DNA from: Vicugna vicugna
Taxonomy: Eukaryota
DNA length: 64,000 nucleotides
Assembly (NCBI GenBank): GCA_013265495.1
Contig: MU058233.1
Coordinates: 345,038 to 409,037, forward strand
Reading direction: 5' to 3'
A program made the position numbers and the translations under genes. A model generated the notes under the pieces. It was not told the DNA's origin. It worked only from the letters and a program-made list of their open reading frames with translations, and made no database searches. Position 1 is the stretch's first letter; each line of letters starts with the position of its first letter. This document shows positions 1-10,945 of this stretch, one piece after another.

Positions 1-639
1 GGCCTGTTTCAGCAGGGACACACCAGCATGTACAGTGGAGGCAGGAGGGGGTCTCTGCCTGAGGCTGTAAAATCCCAAAACTTTCCGGGGAGACCTGGCA
101 AAGACTCCAGGGGGGTCAACAGAATCCGCAGATGCACTTTCACGCTGGGGAAAGGTACCTCCACTCCCTGGGCCCCCAGGAGAAAGTGGGGCACCCCACC
201 CCACTAGGTTCTGAAGCATTGAATTCTCTGGGGTTCAGCAGACGCGGGACGTGGAGGAAGGGGCTGCAAACTTCGGAAGCTCAGTAGGTGAGGGAGACGT
301 ATGAAGCAAGCCAGGTGCAGGGAGAGTGAGCGCAAGCAGGCGCAGAGAGGCAGGGAGACGACGGGGGGTGGTGGGGACCACATGCCCTGTTTGGACGGGG
401 ACCACGTCCCAGCTCCAGCGACTGCTGCCTCGTGAGAATGTGGGCCTTCCCATTTTTTCTAAAGATGGATGTGTGTATTTTTAACACACAGAAAGTCTCT
501 CTGTTTTCACATCTGGGAACTTATCCAAAATAAAAGAAGTGCTTTGCAGGGGGACCTCTGGGGGTCTGCTGGGACGTCCTGGTCTCTGCAGCGCACGCGG
601 TCCGGTGGCCTCCTGGTCTCTGCTCTGCGCCCCGCTCGT

Positions 640-980
640 GTTCCTGAGTCTCGAGGTGCTGCCTCTGCGCCCGCCTGCCTGCCTGTCTCTCCCCCGCTCT
701 GTCTGGGTCTCTGCCTCCCTCTCACTCCCTCTGTCCGTCTCTGCATCTCTGCTCCTCTCTGCTGACACCTTCCTCATTTCGTCCCTTGGTCTCACTCTCC
801 CCCGCCTCTGCCCCGACTCTCCGACTTCCTCTGTCCGTTCCTCCTTCTTGTTCTCTGTCACTTTCGCTTGGTGTCCCCACCTTTCTCCCTCCATGTCGGC
901 TTCCTTTTTCTCAGTCTCTCTCTTCTTTGGATGTTGGCTTTTTCTGCCTGTCTGTCTGTCTCCCTCTTTCTTCCCCCGCC
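640..980. repeat. CT-rich low-complexity tract in intron 5
   Basis: ctctgtctctccccc...tctctctcttcttt on the plus strand. Confidence 0.75.
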
Positions 981-1125
981 CCGACCTCATCATCACTCAG
1001 GTCACACTGGAGCCAGCTGCCAAGTTTCCCGTCACATCAGCATGTCCCCCTGCACACCTGCGGCAGCCCCGCCCCACCCCCACCCACGCGGTGCTGGAGG
1101 AGGACAAGCCCTGCGGCCGGCTGAC

Positions 1126-1323
1126 CTGATGGGCGCCGCCTCGTCGCCGCGGTCCAGCCAGTCCTGGGGCGGGATGATGTACATGCACCAGAGGCCCCAG
1201 TTGTAGCCGTGGGCGGCGCTGGCATACTGCTGCACCTCGAACGTGTCGTACTTAATGTTGTCGATGGCGGGCAGGACGATGCGCCGGCGGTCCTCCCGGA
1301 TCCGCGTGAGGGCGGGCTCGGCC
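1126..1323 (-). CDS. GALNT9: GALNT9 coding exon 5
   Basis: Acceptor cccacag|G; AEPALTRIREDRRRIVLPAIDNIKYDTFEVQQYASAAHGYNWGLWCMYIIPPQDWLDRGDEAAPI(R); donor AG|GTCAGC. 198 nt, phase 2 to 2. Confidence 0.97.
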
Positions 1324-1744
1324 CTGTGGGGAGGCACACCCGTGAGGGAGGGAGGGCAGCGATGCTGGGACCCCAGCCCCATTCCCCGAGGAGGGGCCAG
1401 CTCTGCCAGAGGCGGGGAGCCCAGGGCCAGGCGGCCAGTGGGACAGCCGACTGCGGAGGGCCGGATCCAAGGGCTTCCTCTATGGAATCCCCGGGGGTTG
1501 TCTGGGCTGCAGACCCGCTGGCCCGAGGTCTCACCCTTCCTGGGACAGCCCACGGCTAACGACTGATTGACACCAGAGACATAAAGACCATTCTGGCCCA
1601 AACCATGACATCTCTGAAGGGCTGTCCTAGCTCCAGGGCTCCCTGTGGGTCGGCTGAGTCTGTCGCTGGGCCTGCCTCACAGCTCGGCCTCTCCCTCCAG
1701 CGAATCCCCCTTCCTGCCCCTCCATCCCTACACGGATGGAAGGT

Positions 1745-2070
1745 ATATTCATTTATAAGCATTAATTGACGACCGGTTATGTGCCACAGCCTGTTTTAAC
1801 AAATTGGAATACATCCATGAACTAAAAATAGGAAAAAAAATCCATGTTTCAGGGAGGTTAGGATTCAGCGAAGGAACTGACTACCAAGCACTGTTGTGCA
1901 GTGCACAACCTACACAGCAGTACGTGGTGGCCCTGACTGGGTAGGGGTGAGGGAGGGCAGACAATAAAGTATAAGTAAATGATGCAGTATATTAGGAGGT
2001 GATAGGTATTGTGGTGGAAAAAGAGAGCAAAGTAAGGGTGATTTGGAACTGCAGTTTTAAGTAGGGTGTT
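1745..2070 (-). mobile_element. L2a 3' fragment interrupted by a short MER91-like (hAT) piece at about 1885-1935
   Basis: CATTCATT...TATGTGCCA...CAGACAATAAA...GGTGATA...TTTTAAGTAGGGTG; the insert TTGTGCAGTGCACAACCTACACAGCAGTACGTGGTGGCCCTG resembles a MER91 terminus. Confidence 0.55.
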
Positions 2071-3574
2071 GGGTGTAAGTGGCTCTGGGTGATGAAGCAG
2101 GTGGTTGTTGGGTGGGAGTCGGGGTGGGGCGTTCCACGCAGAGGGAGCAGCCAGCGCTGAGACCCTGGGATGTGCTGGTGTGCCTGGGGAGCTGGCTGTG
2201 TGGCTGGAGTGGAGAAACAGTGGCAGTGCAGACGATGAAGCTGGAGAGGAGGGAGCCCGGGGGACGTGGGCTCTCCCCTGTGAGCTGCCTGGGCAGCGGG
2301 GAGTCCCTGGGGCAAGCAGGTGCAGCTCTGCCCCAGAGATGACCTTGTCTACCAAGAGGATGAGATGCCATCCAAGGGCTTGTCACCAAGAGGGAGTTCA
2401 GGGTGGTCGGGAGCAGCCCGCCCACTCAGGGACCAGATAGCCGGACGCTGGAGGGAGGACAGAGGGCCGAGTGCGGGCTAGGGGTCTGGTTTAGGCAGGG
2501 AAGCTGGAGTGGGGGGCTGAGGTCTCCGACTCTGCCTGGCGAGAGCTGCCATGTGGCTGGCCTTCCGAGCAAGAGCCTGGTATTTACCTGCCTCTCAGCT
2601 TCACGGGGAAGATTAATTAATTACTGTTAGCAAAGTGCTTCAGAGACAAAAAGCTCCCTGCAAATGCCACATCTGCTAATAAGGCAGGATCTTTGTGGAG
2701 GCAGTTTGGGGAGGGGAGGGCTATTTGCAGATAGATAACTGGGTTTTCAGTTGTGAAAATTAAAGTTGCACCAGCTTGAAATTGCATTTTGATGTGACAG
2801 ACTTGTGGCGCTCCTAAATGCCCTCTGAATGCTCCAGGGAGCCTAACATCTATTGGAGGGACAGAAAGGCCGCCAAGTACATTTGTGCAGTGCACAACCT
2901 ACACAACCGTACGCCATGACCCTGGTGAGGGGCAGACCACAGCATGTAATTTATGATAGAAGGTGACACATGTTGTGGGAAAAGAAGAGTCGCCTCATGA
3001 GGATGGCAGAGGAGAGAGAAATGGGGGCCAGCAAGGGAAGTCAGAGCAGGAAGAAGTCGAGTCTCAATCAGACGTGGGCTGAGGCAGAACCAGAGAGAAA
3101 ACAAACTCATGGTCCGGGGGCAGCTGAGATTCCCCATTGCAAGTGGAGGAAGCGTGGAAGGAAAGGGCTCCCCTCACCTGCTTACAAGACACTGAAGCCC
3201 TGGCTGAACCAGCTGGTCAGTTAGAAAAGCCGAGAACTCCGAGAGGCCTGGAGTGCCAGACCCTCGGGGGACCCAGCTGGGACAGCCAGCCATGCACTGT
3301 GGGGCTCGGCCAGCACATCCATCACGAAGCCCTCCTTACAGCACGCGCAACCCCAGCGTTTCAGTGAACATCTTAGTTTAGGCTTCATGATGTTTAAAGA
3401 TGTGCGTTGGGAGATTTGAAATAAAAATGGTGAGTTTTAGCTTCTTTTGAATTGGGGCAAGTTGGTCACCCTGGGCTGACATTTCCCTGCAGCTCGGCTG
3501 GGAGGCGCTGCAGTCTGCTCCTGGGCCCGGGGCTCACGCTCCCTGTTCACTGTGGACCCCTGCAGACCTGCCCA

Positions 3575-4195
3575 CCCTGGGTTTAACTTAAGGATCTTGG
3601 ATGAGGTCATCCTGGATGACCAAGGACCCTAAATCCCCCAACAAGGGTCTTGATGAGAGAAAAGAGGAGAGACACAGACACACAGAAGGGGAAGCCATGT
3701 GAAGATGGAGGCAGAGACTGGAGGGAGGTAGCCACAAGCCGAGGGACTCCTGGAGCCCCCAGGAGCTGGGAGGGGGTTGGGTGGTGTCCTCCCACAAGGC
3801 CGTGCCCATCTGGAACCCGCAGATGTGACCTTGTTTGGAAACAGAGTCCTGCAGACGTAGTCCGGGTTAAGAGCCCAAGATGAGGGCACCCTGGGCTGGG
3901 GTGGGCCCTGAGTCCAAGGCCGGTGTCCTTGAGACAAGGGCACCGAGGAGCAGCCACATGACGAGGGAGGCCAAGGTCGGAGGAACATGGCCACAACCCC
4001 TCAGAGCTGGGGGGGGCCGGAAGGACCCTCCCCGAGTGCCTCTGCCTGGGGGTGGGGCGGGGGAAGGGGGTGCAGAGCACAGTCCTGCCTGCACCTCAGT
4101 GTTCATCTCTGGCCTCACAGCTGTGAGAGAATGTATTTCAGTTGTTTTGAGCCACCGACTTCTGGTCATTTGTTACGATAGCTCCAGGACACGCC
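3575..4195 (+). mobile_element. Two tandem MLT1B-like MaLR LTRs (partial copy followed by near-full copy)
   Basis: Hallmarks GATGAGGTCATCCTGGA...CCCTAAATCC, GCCATGTGAAGATGGAGGCAGAGA, GATGTGACCTTGTTTGGAAA and TGTGAGAGAATGTATTTCAGTTGTTTTGAGCCACC. Confidence 0.8.
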
Positions 4196-4546
4196 TGGGT
4201 AACTGGGTCACCTCCCTCTACCCGCTCACATCCCAGCCCCTCCGACATAGCTCGTCCCCTGGGGTCCTCGTTCGCAGCCCCCGTCAGGCACTTGTCTGAC
4301 ACCGTGCGCCGGGCATCACGCCTGTAATCCTGGTAACAACCCCACTTGCTAACATCCCTGCTCAGCCCACGAGGAACCCGAGGCGCGCCCAGGCTCACCC
4401 ACAAGCCCACGTCCTCCCCGCACCCGCGTCATGTGGGAGGGCCTGACGGTCAAGCCGCGACCTTGGACAACTAGAGCCTTCCCGTGGGACCGCCACCCTC
4501 CGCGCTCCCCGCCGTGCCCCACCCCGGCCCGCCCCGCCACCCTTAC

Positions 4547-4721
4547 CAGCCCGTGCTGAACTCCACGTGGGCGTCGAAGAAGCCGACAACAGGGGCCGCT
4601 GCAACCTTCCAGCCCTGCAGCCGCGCCCGGATCAGGCCTTCCCGCCTGCTGTTGCGGACGATCTTCACGAGGCCCGGGTACCTCTTGCTGACGTACTGGT
4701 CCAGGTTGAGCTTGAGTTCCA
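4547..4721 (-). CDS. GALNT9: GALNT9 coding exon 4 (contains the DxH Mn2+-binding motif)
   Basis: Acceptor cccacag|TG; (V)ELKLNLDQYVSKRYPGLVKIVRNSRREGLIRARLQGWKVAAAPVVGFFDAHVEFSTG(W); donor TG|GTAAGG. 175 nt, phase 1 to 2. Confidence 0.97.
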
Positions 4722-4989
4722 CTGTGGGGGACACAGAGATATTTCAGGGTGTGACACCTTGGGGGGACCCAATGCCACTGAGACCCAAGGTCGTTGAGTG
4801 CCCTGATCCACACTTCATAAACTTTTAAGAGGACCCTCTGTGGCTGGTCGTGGTTCGAGGTGCTGGGGGGACCTCAGTGAGACAAGACCGTATCTTCACG
4901 GAGCCCCATTCCAGCGGGAGAGGCAGTGAACAATCACGCCAGACTGATTCAGACAGAGGCTGAATGTTTTATGAAGACAGGCTGAATTA

Positions 4990-5440
4990 TTCAGCTGTAA
5001 AATGGAACGCAGTCCATGGACAGATGAGGGGATAAACAAAGTGTGGTCCATCCAGACGATAGAGTACAATTCAACCTTAAGAAGCAGGAGAGTCTGACAC
5101 CTGCTACAACATGGTGGGACCTTGAGAACGTTCTGCTCAGTGAAAGAATCCAGTCCCCAGAGGACAAATCCTGTACGATTCCACTCATATGAGGTCCCCA
5201 GAGCAGACAAATCCACAGAGACAGAAAGCAGGAGGGTGGGGGCCAGGGCTGNNNNNNNNNNNNNNNNNNNNNNNNNNNNNNNNNNNNNNNNNNNNNNNNN
5301 NNNNNNNNNNNNNNNNNNNNNNNNNNNNNNNNNNNNNNNNNNNNNNNNNNNNNNNNNNNNNNNNNNNNNNNNNNNNNNNNNGCTTGTTTTTAATATGGTT
5401 AATTTTACGTGATGAGAATTTCAACTCAACACATGATTTA
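4990..5440 (+). mobile_element. L1MB/MC 3' end fragment spanning the first assembly gap
   Basis: GGATAAACAAAGTGTGGTCCATCCA, GCTACAACATGG...CTTGAGAAC, GATTCCACTCATATGAGGT, ATGGTTAATTTTA. Confidence 0.8.
5252..5381. other. Assembly gap (130 N)
   Basis: Run of N. Confidence 1.
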
Positions 5441-5593
5441 AAAATGGATGAGGGCCCACGAGTCTGATTGAGGGAGCTCTCTGGCCAAGAGTGCAAGCAA
5501 CAAAGTAAGTAACAATGAAACCAGGCTTCAGCCCACAGGAGAAAGAAAACGGGAGTGGATGCTGGAGTGGGGCGGGAGCTTCCCTGAGTAGGC

Positions 5594-5642
5594 NNNNNNN
5601 NNNNNNNNNNNNNNNNNNNNNNNNNNNNNNNNNNNNNNNNNN
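5594..5642. other. Assembly gap (49 N)
   Basis: Run of N. Confidence 1.
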
Positions 5643-6623
5643 GTGGGTGGGGGCGGGGCGGGGGCAGCCTGGCTGTGAAGGAGACAAGTGGGCTGTGACC
5701 CCATTAAGCAGCCGGCTGGAAGAGTGGAGGACAGTCACAGGCGTGGGAAAGGAGCACTGAGTCCCGAGGGGACACCCCATTTCAGTCCTGAGGTGAGGTG
5801 TAGGGGATGGGCTCGGGACTGGGCAGGAGGGGCCCATGGAGGATTTGAATCCGGTCCTGGCTCCCGAGCTTTGGGTGGGATGGCTACTTGCAGAAGACAT
5901 CTGCCATCAGGAGGCCCGCTGTCTCCCCTTCAGTCACCAGATCTAGTGGACACTGCTGGGAGGGCAGCCCGGCCCCACGGGTGGCTCCGGCTGCACTGGC
6001 CAGTTGTCCTGGGAGCTGCCTCCCTGGACGTACACTGTCGCGCCCTGTCCAGGGAACGTGGGCCCAGCAGGGAGGTGCCCTGCCAACCTATCCCTGCTCC
6101 TGTGACAGTGTCAGCTGGGGTCTCCCTGGCGTAGACCCAGACCAGACGTGGGGTTGGAACAACAGCCCACAGCCAGGCCCCTCTGCCTTCTTGGAGGAGT
6201 TTGGGAGGCCCCGCCCCAGCTCTCCTCCACTCGCCTCCTCCTGAGGTGAGGAGGGGCGGTGCTGTGATGGGAGAGGTGGGGGGGGGAGTTACTGAACAGG
6301 CACAGCCCAGCCCCCCGGGGCCTTGGTTTGAGGGGCTGCCCACAGTGGGGCTCAGGTTCCTCTCTCTCTGTTTCTGTAGAGGGACAGGCGAGACAGGACG
6401 GGGCGCCTCCGGACCCGTGTCAGGGCTGGAGACCCGTGTGCCTGGTAGGTGTGGGACAACGTGCCTGGGGTGGATGGAGGCTGACGTGGGGCCATGATGA
6501 GGTTCTGGCCGTGAGCGCCAGCCCATCTTCTCCACAGCAAGGCCCCCGCTTGAGCAGCAAGCAGCAAAGGTGTGATGAGTGTGTAGGAGAACTCAGCACA
6601 CTCGGGGCCCTTCTGGATGACGG

Positions 6624-6995
6624 TGGTAGGGGTTGAACAGCAGCCTCCCCAAAGCTCATGTCCACCTGGAACCTCAGAATGTGACCTTATTTGGAAATAG
6701 GGTCGTTGCGCATACAACTAGTTGAAGATCTTGAGATTAAATCCTCCTGGATTGGGGGAGACCCTAAATCCAAGGACAGCTGTCCTTATAAGAAAAGGAG
6801 AGACACAGATACCTGGAAAGAGGCCTTATAAAGATGGGGGCAGAGATGGGAGGGATGCGGCCACAGGCCCAGGACGCTGAGGATGCCAGCAGCCAACAGA
6901 AGCTGGGAGAGGAAGGAAGGGTCCTTCCCTGGGGCCTCCCAGGAGAGCTTGGCCCTGCCCACATCCCGAATTCAGACTTCCGGCTCCGGAGCTCC
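6624..6995 (+). mobile_element. MLT1B-like MaLR LTR
   Basis: GAATGTGACCTTATTTGGAAATAGGGTC, CCCTAAATCCAA, TGTCCTTATAAGA, AGAAGCTGG, TCAGACTTC. Confidence 0.85.
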
Positions 6996-7040
6996 AGTGT
7001 GCCCTGCTCACTGGGGCCCCGGGTTGGCTGGTCCCCTCAC

Positions 7041-7207
7041 CATTATCGCTGTTGTCGTCCACCAGGATGACCTCCTTGAGGAGCTGGGAGGGCGTGTGGT
7101 TGACCACGCTGTGGACGGAGCGCAGGATGACCGAGAGGGCTTCGTTGACAAAGATGAACACCACGGAGATCTGGGGCAGGTCGTCCGAGTAGGTCATCTG
7201 TCTGCAC
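7041..7207 (-). CDS. GALNT9: GALNT9 coding exon 3 (start of GT-A catalytic domain)
   Basis: Acceptor cctgcag|G; CRQMTYSDDLPQISVVFIFVNEALSVILRSVHSVVNHTPSQLLKEVILVDDNSDN; donor ATG|GTGAGG. 167 nt, phase 2 to 1. Confidence 0.97.
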
Positions 7208-8039
7208 CTGCAGGAGAGATGGTAGTGGGGACGGGGGTCAGTGCTGGGACGTGATGGGGTGCTGGGAGCCTGGTGCCCCCACAGGAGGCCACCTGGGACT
7301 AGATCTAAATCCTGCCACCATTGAAAGAGCAACAGTGATGCCGCTGATGGGAAAGGACTGAACACAGTGAGAGAAACAGCAGGATGACAGTTGTCTCAGA
7401 GCCCTGGATGCCCATGCTCTGGGCCTGAACCCTGCTGTCTCTTTGCTGAAAGGCAGGGAATTGGCACTTTAAGGAGTTAAAGTCCCACTGGGATCACACC
7501 GAGCCTTCTTCCCTGGTGCCTCTGGAAGGCGTGGAGGAGGCGAAAGGGGTGGGGATCATCTCGCGGCGTGGTCCAGAGGGTCTGGGAAGCCCGCACCCAG
7601 AGCCCAGAGCACCCCTTGACTCCGAGCTCAGGCTGCACCCCGGCTGGTCGTGTAGCTGGCGGCTGCTGGATGGATGGGGCCACTGGGCGGGTCCTTCCTC
7701 GGCAGGCCCTGTCCCCCGAAGGAGATCTGAGTAGACAGGGGTGGGCTGCCCAGGAGGACTGTGTGCAAGTGTCAGATGAGGGCTGTTGGAACAGGAGAGA
7801 CGCCTGCGAGGGACAGCCTAGGCGGGGCCTCTGCGTAAGCTCAGCATTGGGAGTGAAACGGAAGGATGAAAGGTCTTCCTCCAAAGGTCTTATCTTGGAG
7901 GTGGGGCTGTGGGAGGGGAGAGAAGGGGGCAGAGAAGGCAAAATAGTCCATGTTGGGCACGGGATGACGCCGGTGTGTGGCTGTCAATGTAGTGACAGAA
8001 TGGAATACAGTCACAAGGGGGCAAAGCGAGCTGTCAAAA

Positions 8040-8560
8040 CTAGATAAATGAAAAAAAGGAACAAAAAGTAGGTAATGAAGATAAAGTAAGACAGAAGAAA
8101 CCCAATCAAGCATGTTGGCTGCTACAATAAATGTAAATAAACTAACTCTTCTTCAAATGGCAGAGACTATTCAACAAAGTTAGACACACACACTAACACT
8201 CACTCACACGCAGCCCTGCCGTCTGTGGTTACCAGAGACACAGTTAAACGAAAGTGATTTTTAAAAAAAAGATCCGCAATACAATGAAGTGGGAAAGGGT
8301 TGCCAGACAAACACCACCTCCCCCCAAACTAGAAATCAGCACAGATACCACACAGGACAGAGATCTCTTTGTGAAGGAGACAGAACAGTTATAAACTGTC
8401 ACCACAAAGTGACCTGGCATCTGGGTGCAGAAGGAAGAACTACTAGAAAAGTGAGGAGAGTTTGATGAAATTCCCCGTGCGCACCCCCTTCAGACTGGGC
8501 AGACTGGAAAAGACAGGCCGCGAAGGAGTTACGTGATGAAATCCCTTAATGTCTTCAGGG
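8040..8560 (+). mobile_element. Highly diverged L1 ORF2 5' (endonuclease-region) fragment
   Basis: A-rich; ATAAATGTAAAT, CAGAGACTATTCA and CAGAGACACAG resemble the start of L1 ORF2; no open frame remains. Confidence 0.5.
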
Positions 8561-8689
8561 AGAAAAAAACAATTTTTTTTTTCCTTTTGCTCATAGGACA
8601 TTTACAGAAAGTAGTTGTGTATTTGCAAAATAGAAGACCTTAGATTTTTAATGAAGCAGGGATTTTACAGGCAGGGCTGGGTCTGTGGC

Positions 8690-8948
8690 CACAGGACCTG
8701 GGCGGTCCCACGGAGCCTCTGCTGGGAAGGACCCACTCCAGTCACAGCCTTCTCTCCAGGTGTCCCTGGGTTTCCTATTCTCATAAGGTCACCGGTCATT
8801 GGATTAGGGGCCACTCTGTTCCAGCAGGACGTCATCTTAACTAATTACATCTTCAGCAACCCCGTTTCCAAGTCGGGGTTCCAAGTCTGAGGTCCTGGAG
8901 GGTAGATGTGGACACGTCTTTGGGGGGGGACACACTTAGCCGATACAA
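8690..8948 (-). mobile_element. MLT1A/B-like MaLR LTR fragment
   Basis: CATTGGATTAGGGGCCAC, CATCTTAACTAATTACATCT, TTTCCAA, GGGGGGGACAC. Confidence 0.7.
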
Positions 8949-9888
8949 TGCTTATGAGTAATGCTTATCCCACATCGGGAGAAAGAGCTTCATTTAAGGG
9001 GGCTGAGGGTAGACACGGGTCAGAGCTGTTGGGAAAGATCACTAATACTGGTGAAAACCAGTCATGACGCTAACCAGTAACTCTACTAACCAATCGTGAG
9101 AATAGCTAATCAGGATGAGAAATAACGGTGGTGGCTGACACTGATGACACCCAACAGCGACAATGACGGAAGCTGATGGGTAATCAGTCATGGTGACAGC
9201 CAGTCACCATGGCAGCCAATCAGCTAATGGTCTCGAATATGCGTCTCGAATATCCCCCGCTCCCCACAGCGACCCTAACGGGGACCGAATATCCTCGCTT
9301 TAAAGATGAGGGGCCTCCTGAGGCCCAGGAGGGTAACGCCCCCTTCACAGTGCCCATTGGGGTCGGGAATTGGTCCCCCACCATCAGCCTCTGGGAGGGA
9401 GCCTCCTGGGCAGTCCTGCTCCCCCCCGCCCCACTCACAGCTGGGTTTAGAGAGCCAGCGGGCGCCCAGGACGCCAGGAGCCCCACGTCACTGTCGCATC
9501 GCTGTGGGCTGCGGGGGCCGTCGGGGAGATTCCATCGCTCAGAAAAATGCTTTCTGACTAGAAGACTGTGCTCCGTTTTTCTGTAGAGGAGAAAAGCTGG
9601 AATGCATAATTTTCATGAACTCGAAAAATGTGTGAAACAGGAAAGAAGAAAAACAAACCTTGAGGAAGGAAATAGGTCTTGCGAGTGTGCGGGAGCGGCT
9701 GCAGAAGGGAAGGACGTTTGAAAGGTGTTCAGGAGGCCTGCGGTGGGGGGGCTGCGCTGCCCGCCTGGCCCATCCCAGTCGCCTGGCCACAGCCCCTCCT
9801 GCACCCTCTCTCCCCTCAGGCTTCCTCATGCAGCTTCTTTAGGATCTCTCTCCCCACCCAACTGCAAGCCCCCAAGAGCAAGCTTCAT

Positions 9889-10038
9889 CACTGCCGAACC
9901 CCAAGACCCCAGAGCTGTGCGTGCACACAGTGGGGCCTCCACTGCCGAACCCCAAGACCCCAGAGCTGTGCGTGCACACAGTGGGGCCTCCACTGCCGAA
10001 CCCCAAGACCCCAGAGCTGTGCGTGCACACAGTGGGGC
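9889..10038. repeat. 51-bp tandem repeat, three essentially identical copies
   Basis: Unit CACTGCCGAACCCCAAGACCCCAGAGCTGTGCGTGCACACAGTGGGGCCTC starts at 9889, 9940 and 9991; the third copy lacks its last 3 nt. Confidence 0.97.
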
Positions 10039-10609
10039 TTATTAGCACTTGTTAACGAGGGGATGAAAGAACAAGTGAACAGGCTTGACTCCTGAGCACC
10101 ATGGGCAACCCGCCACCTCTCCCCGTCCCCCTGCACGGTGCCTCAGCACAGCAGGAACCTCCACGCCGTGTCCAGGGTGTGGAGGAAGCTGGTGGACTCT
10201 GGGGGCCCTGACCCCTTTCCTCTCCCTCCATCAGGGGTTAGGAGCCGAGGGACCTCTGAGCTTGGCCACTGGGCCTCGAGGTTCTGTTCTAAAGAGCTTT
10301 CAACCAGCAAGAGCCAGTTTCTGCCACCCATGAAGTCACCAGCACACGGCCGCCATTTTCTGGGGACACACTACGCGTGAGACATTGTTCCCAGGGCTGG
10401 AGGGCTGTGCTCCAGGGCAGGTGAGGGGTCTGCTCTCAAACTTCCACTTGTGGGGGGCCCGGGGAGCAGCAATTAGATGTCAGAAAGTGGGTGGGGCTGC
10501 GGGTGGCAGAACAGGGTGGTGGGGTAGACAGTGCCTGGGGCGGGGGCGCCTTAAGACCAGGCAGCGGGGGTGCCGTGAGGCCGTGGTGAGGGTTCTGACC
10601 TGCAGCATC

Positions 10610-10945
10610 TGCCAGGGTCCCGGAAACACCACCAGGACATCCGTGATCTCCCGTCCTGGGCCTGGGAGCCCAAGGTCCAGGAGTCGCAGGGCTGGTTTCT
10701 CCTGAGGCCTCCCTCCCTGGCCTGTAGTCGGCCGCCCCCTCCCTGCGTCCTCACACGGCCACCCCTCCGAGTGTCTCTTCTTACAAGGACACCAGTCCTG
10801 TGGAACCAGGGCCTGCCCTGGGACCGGTCCCATTTTGCCTCAGTCACCTCTCTAAGGGCCCCTCCTCCACGGACAGTCACATCCCGAGGTCCCGGAGTCA
10901 GAACTTCAACATGAGGATTTGAGGGGACACAACTCAGCCCGGAAC
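10610..10945 (-). mobile_element. MLT1A-like MaLR LTR
   Basis: GGGCTGGTTTCTCCTGAGGCCTC, TCTTCTTACAAGGACACCAGTC, CTTCAACATGAGGATTTGAGGGGACACAACTCAGCC. Confidence 0.78.

Noticed and set aside
6772-6787. Perfect 16-bp palindrome AAGGACAGCTGTCCTT
   Set aside because: About one is expected by chance in 64 kb (64000/4^8), and it lies inside an MLT1 LTR.
9889-10038. Repeat array resembling CRISPR
   Set aside because: The copies are directly adjacent with no unique spacers, and the context is a mammalian intron.
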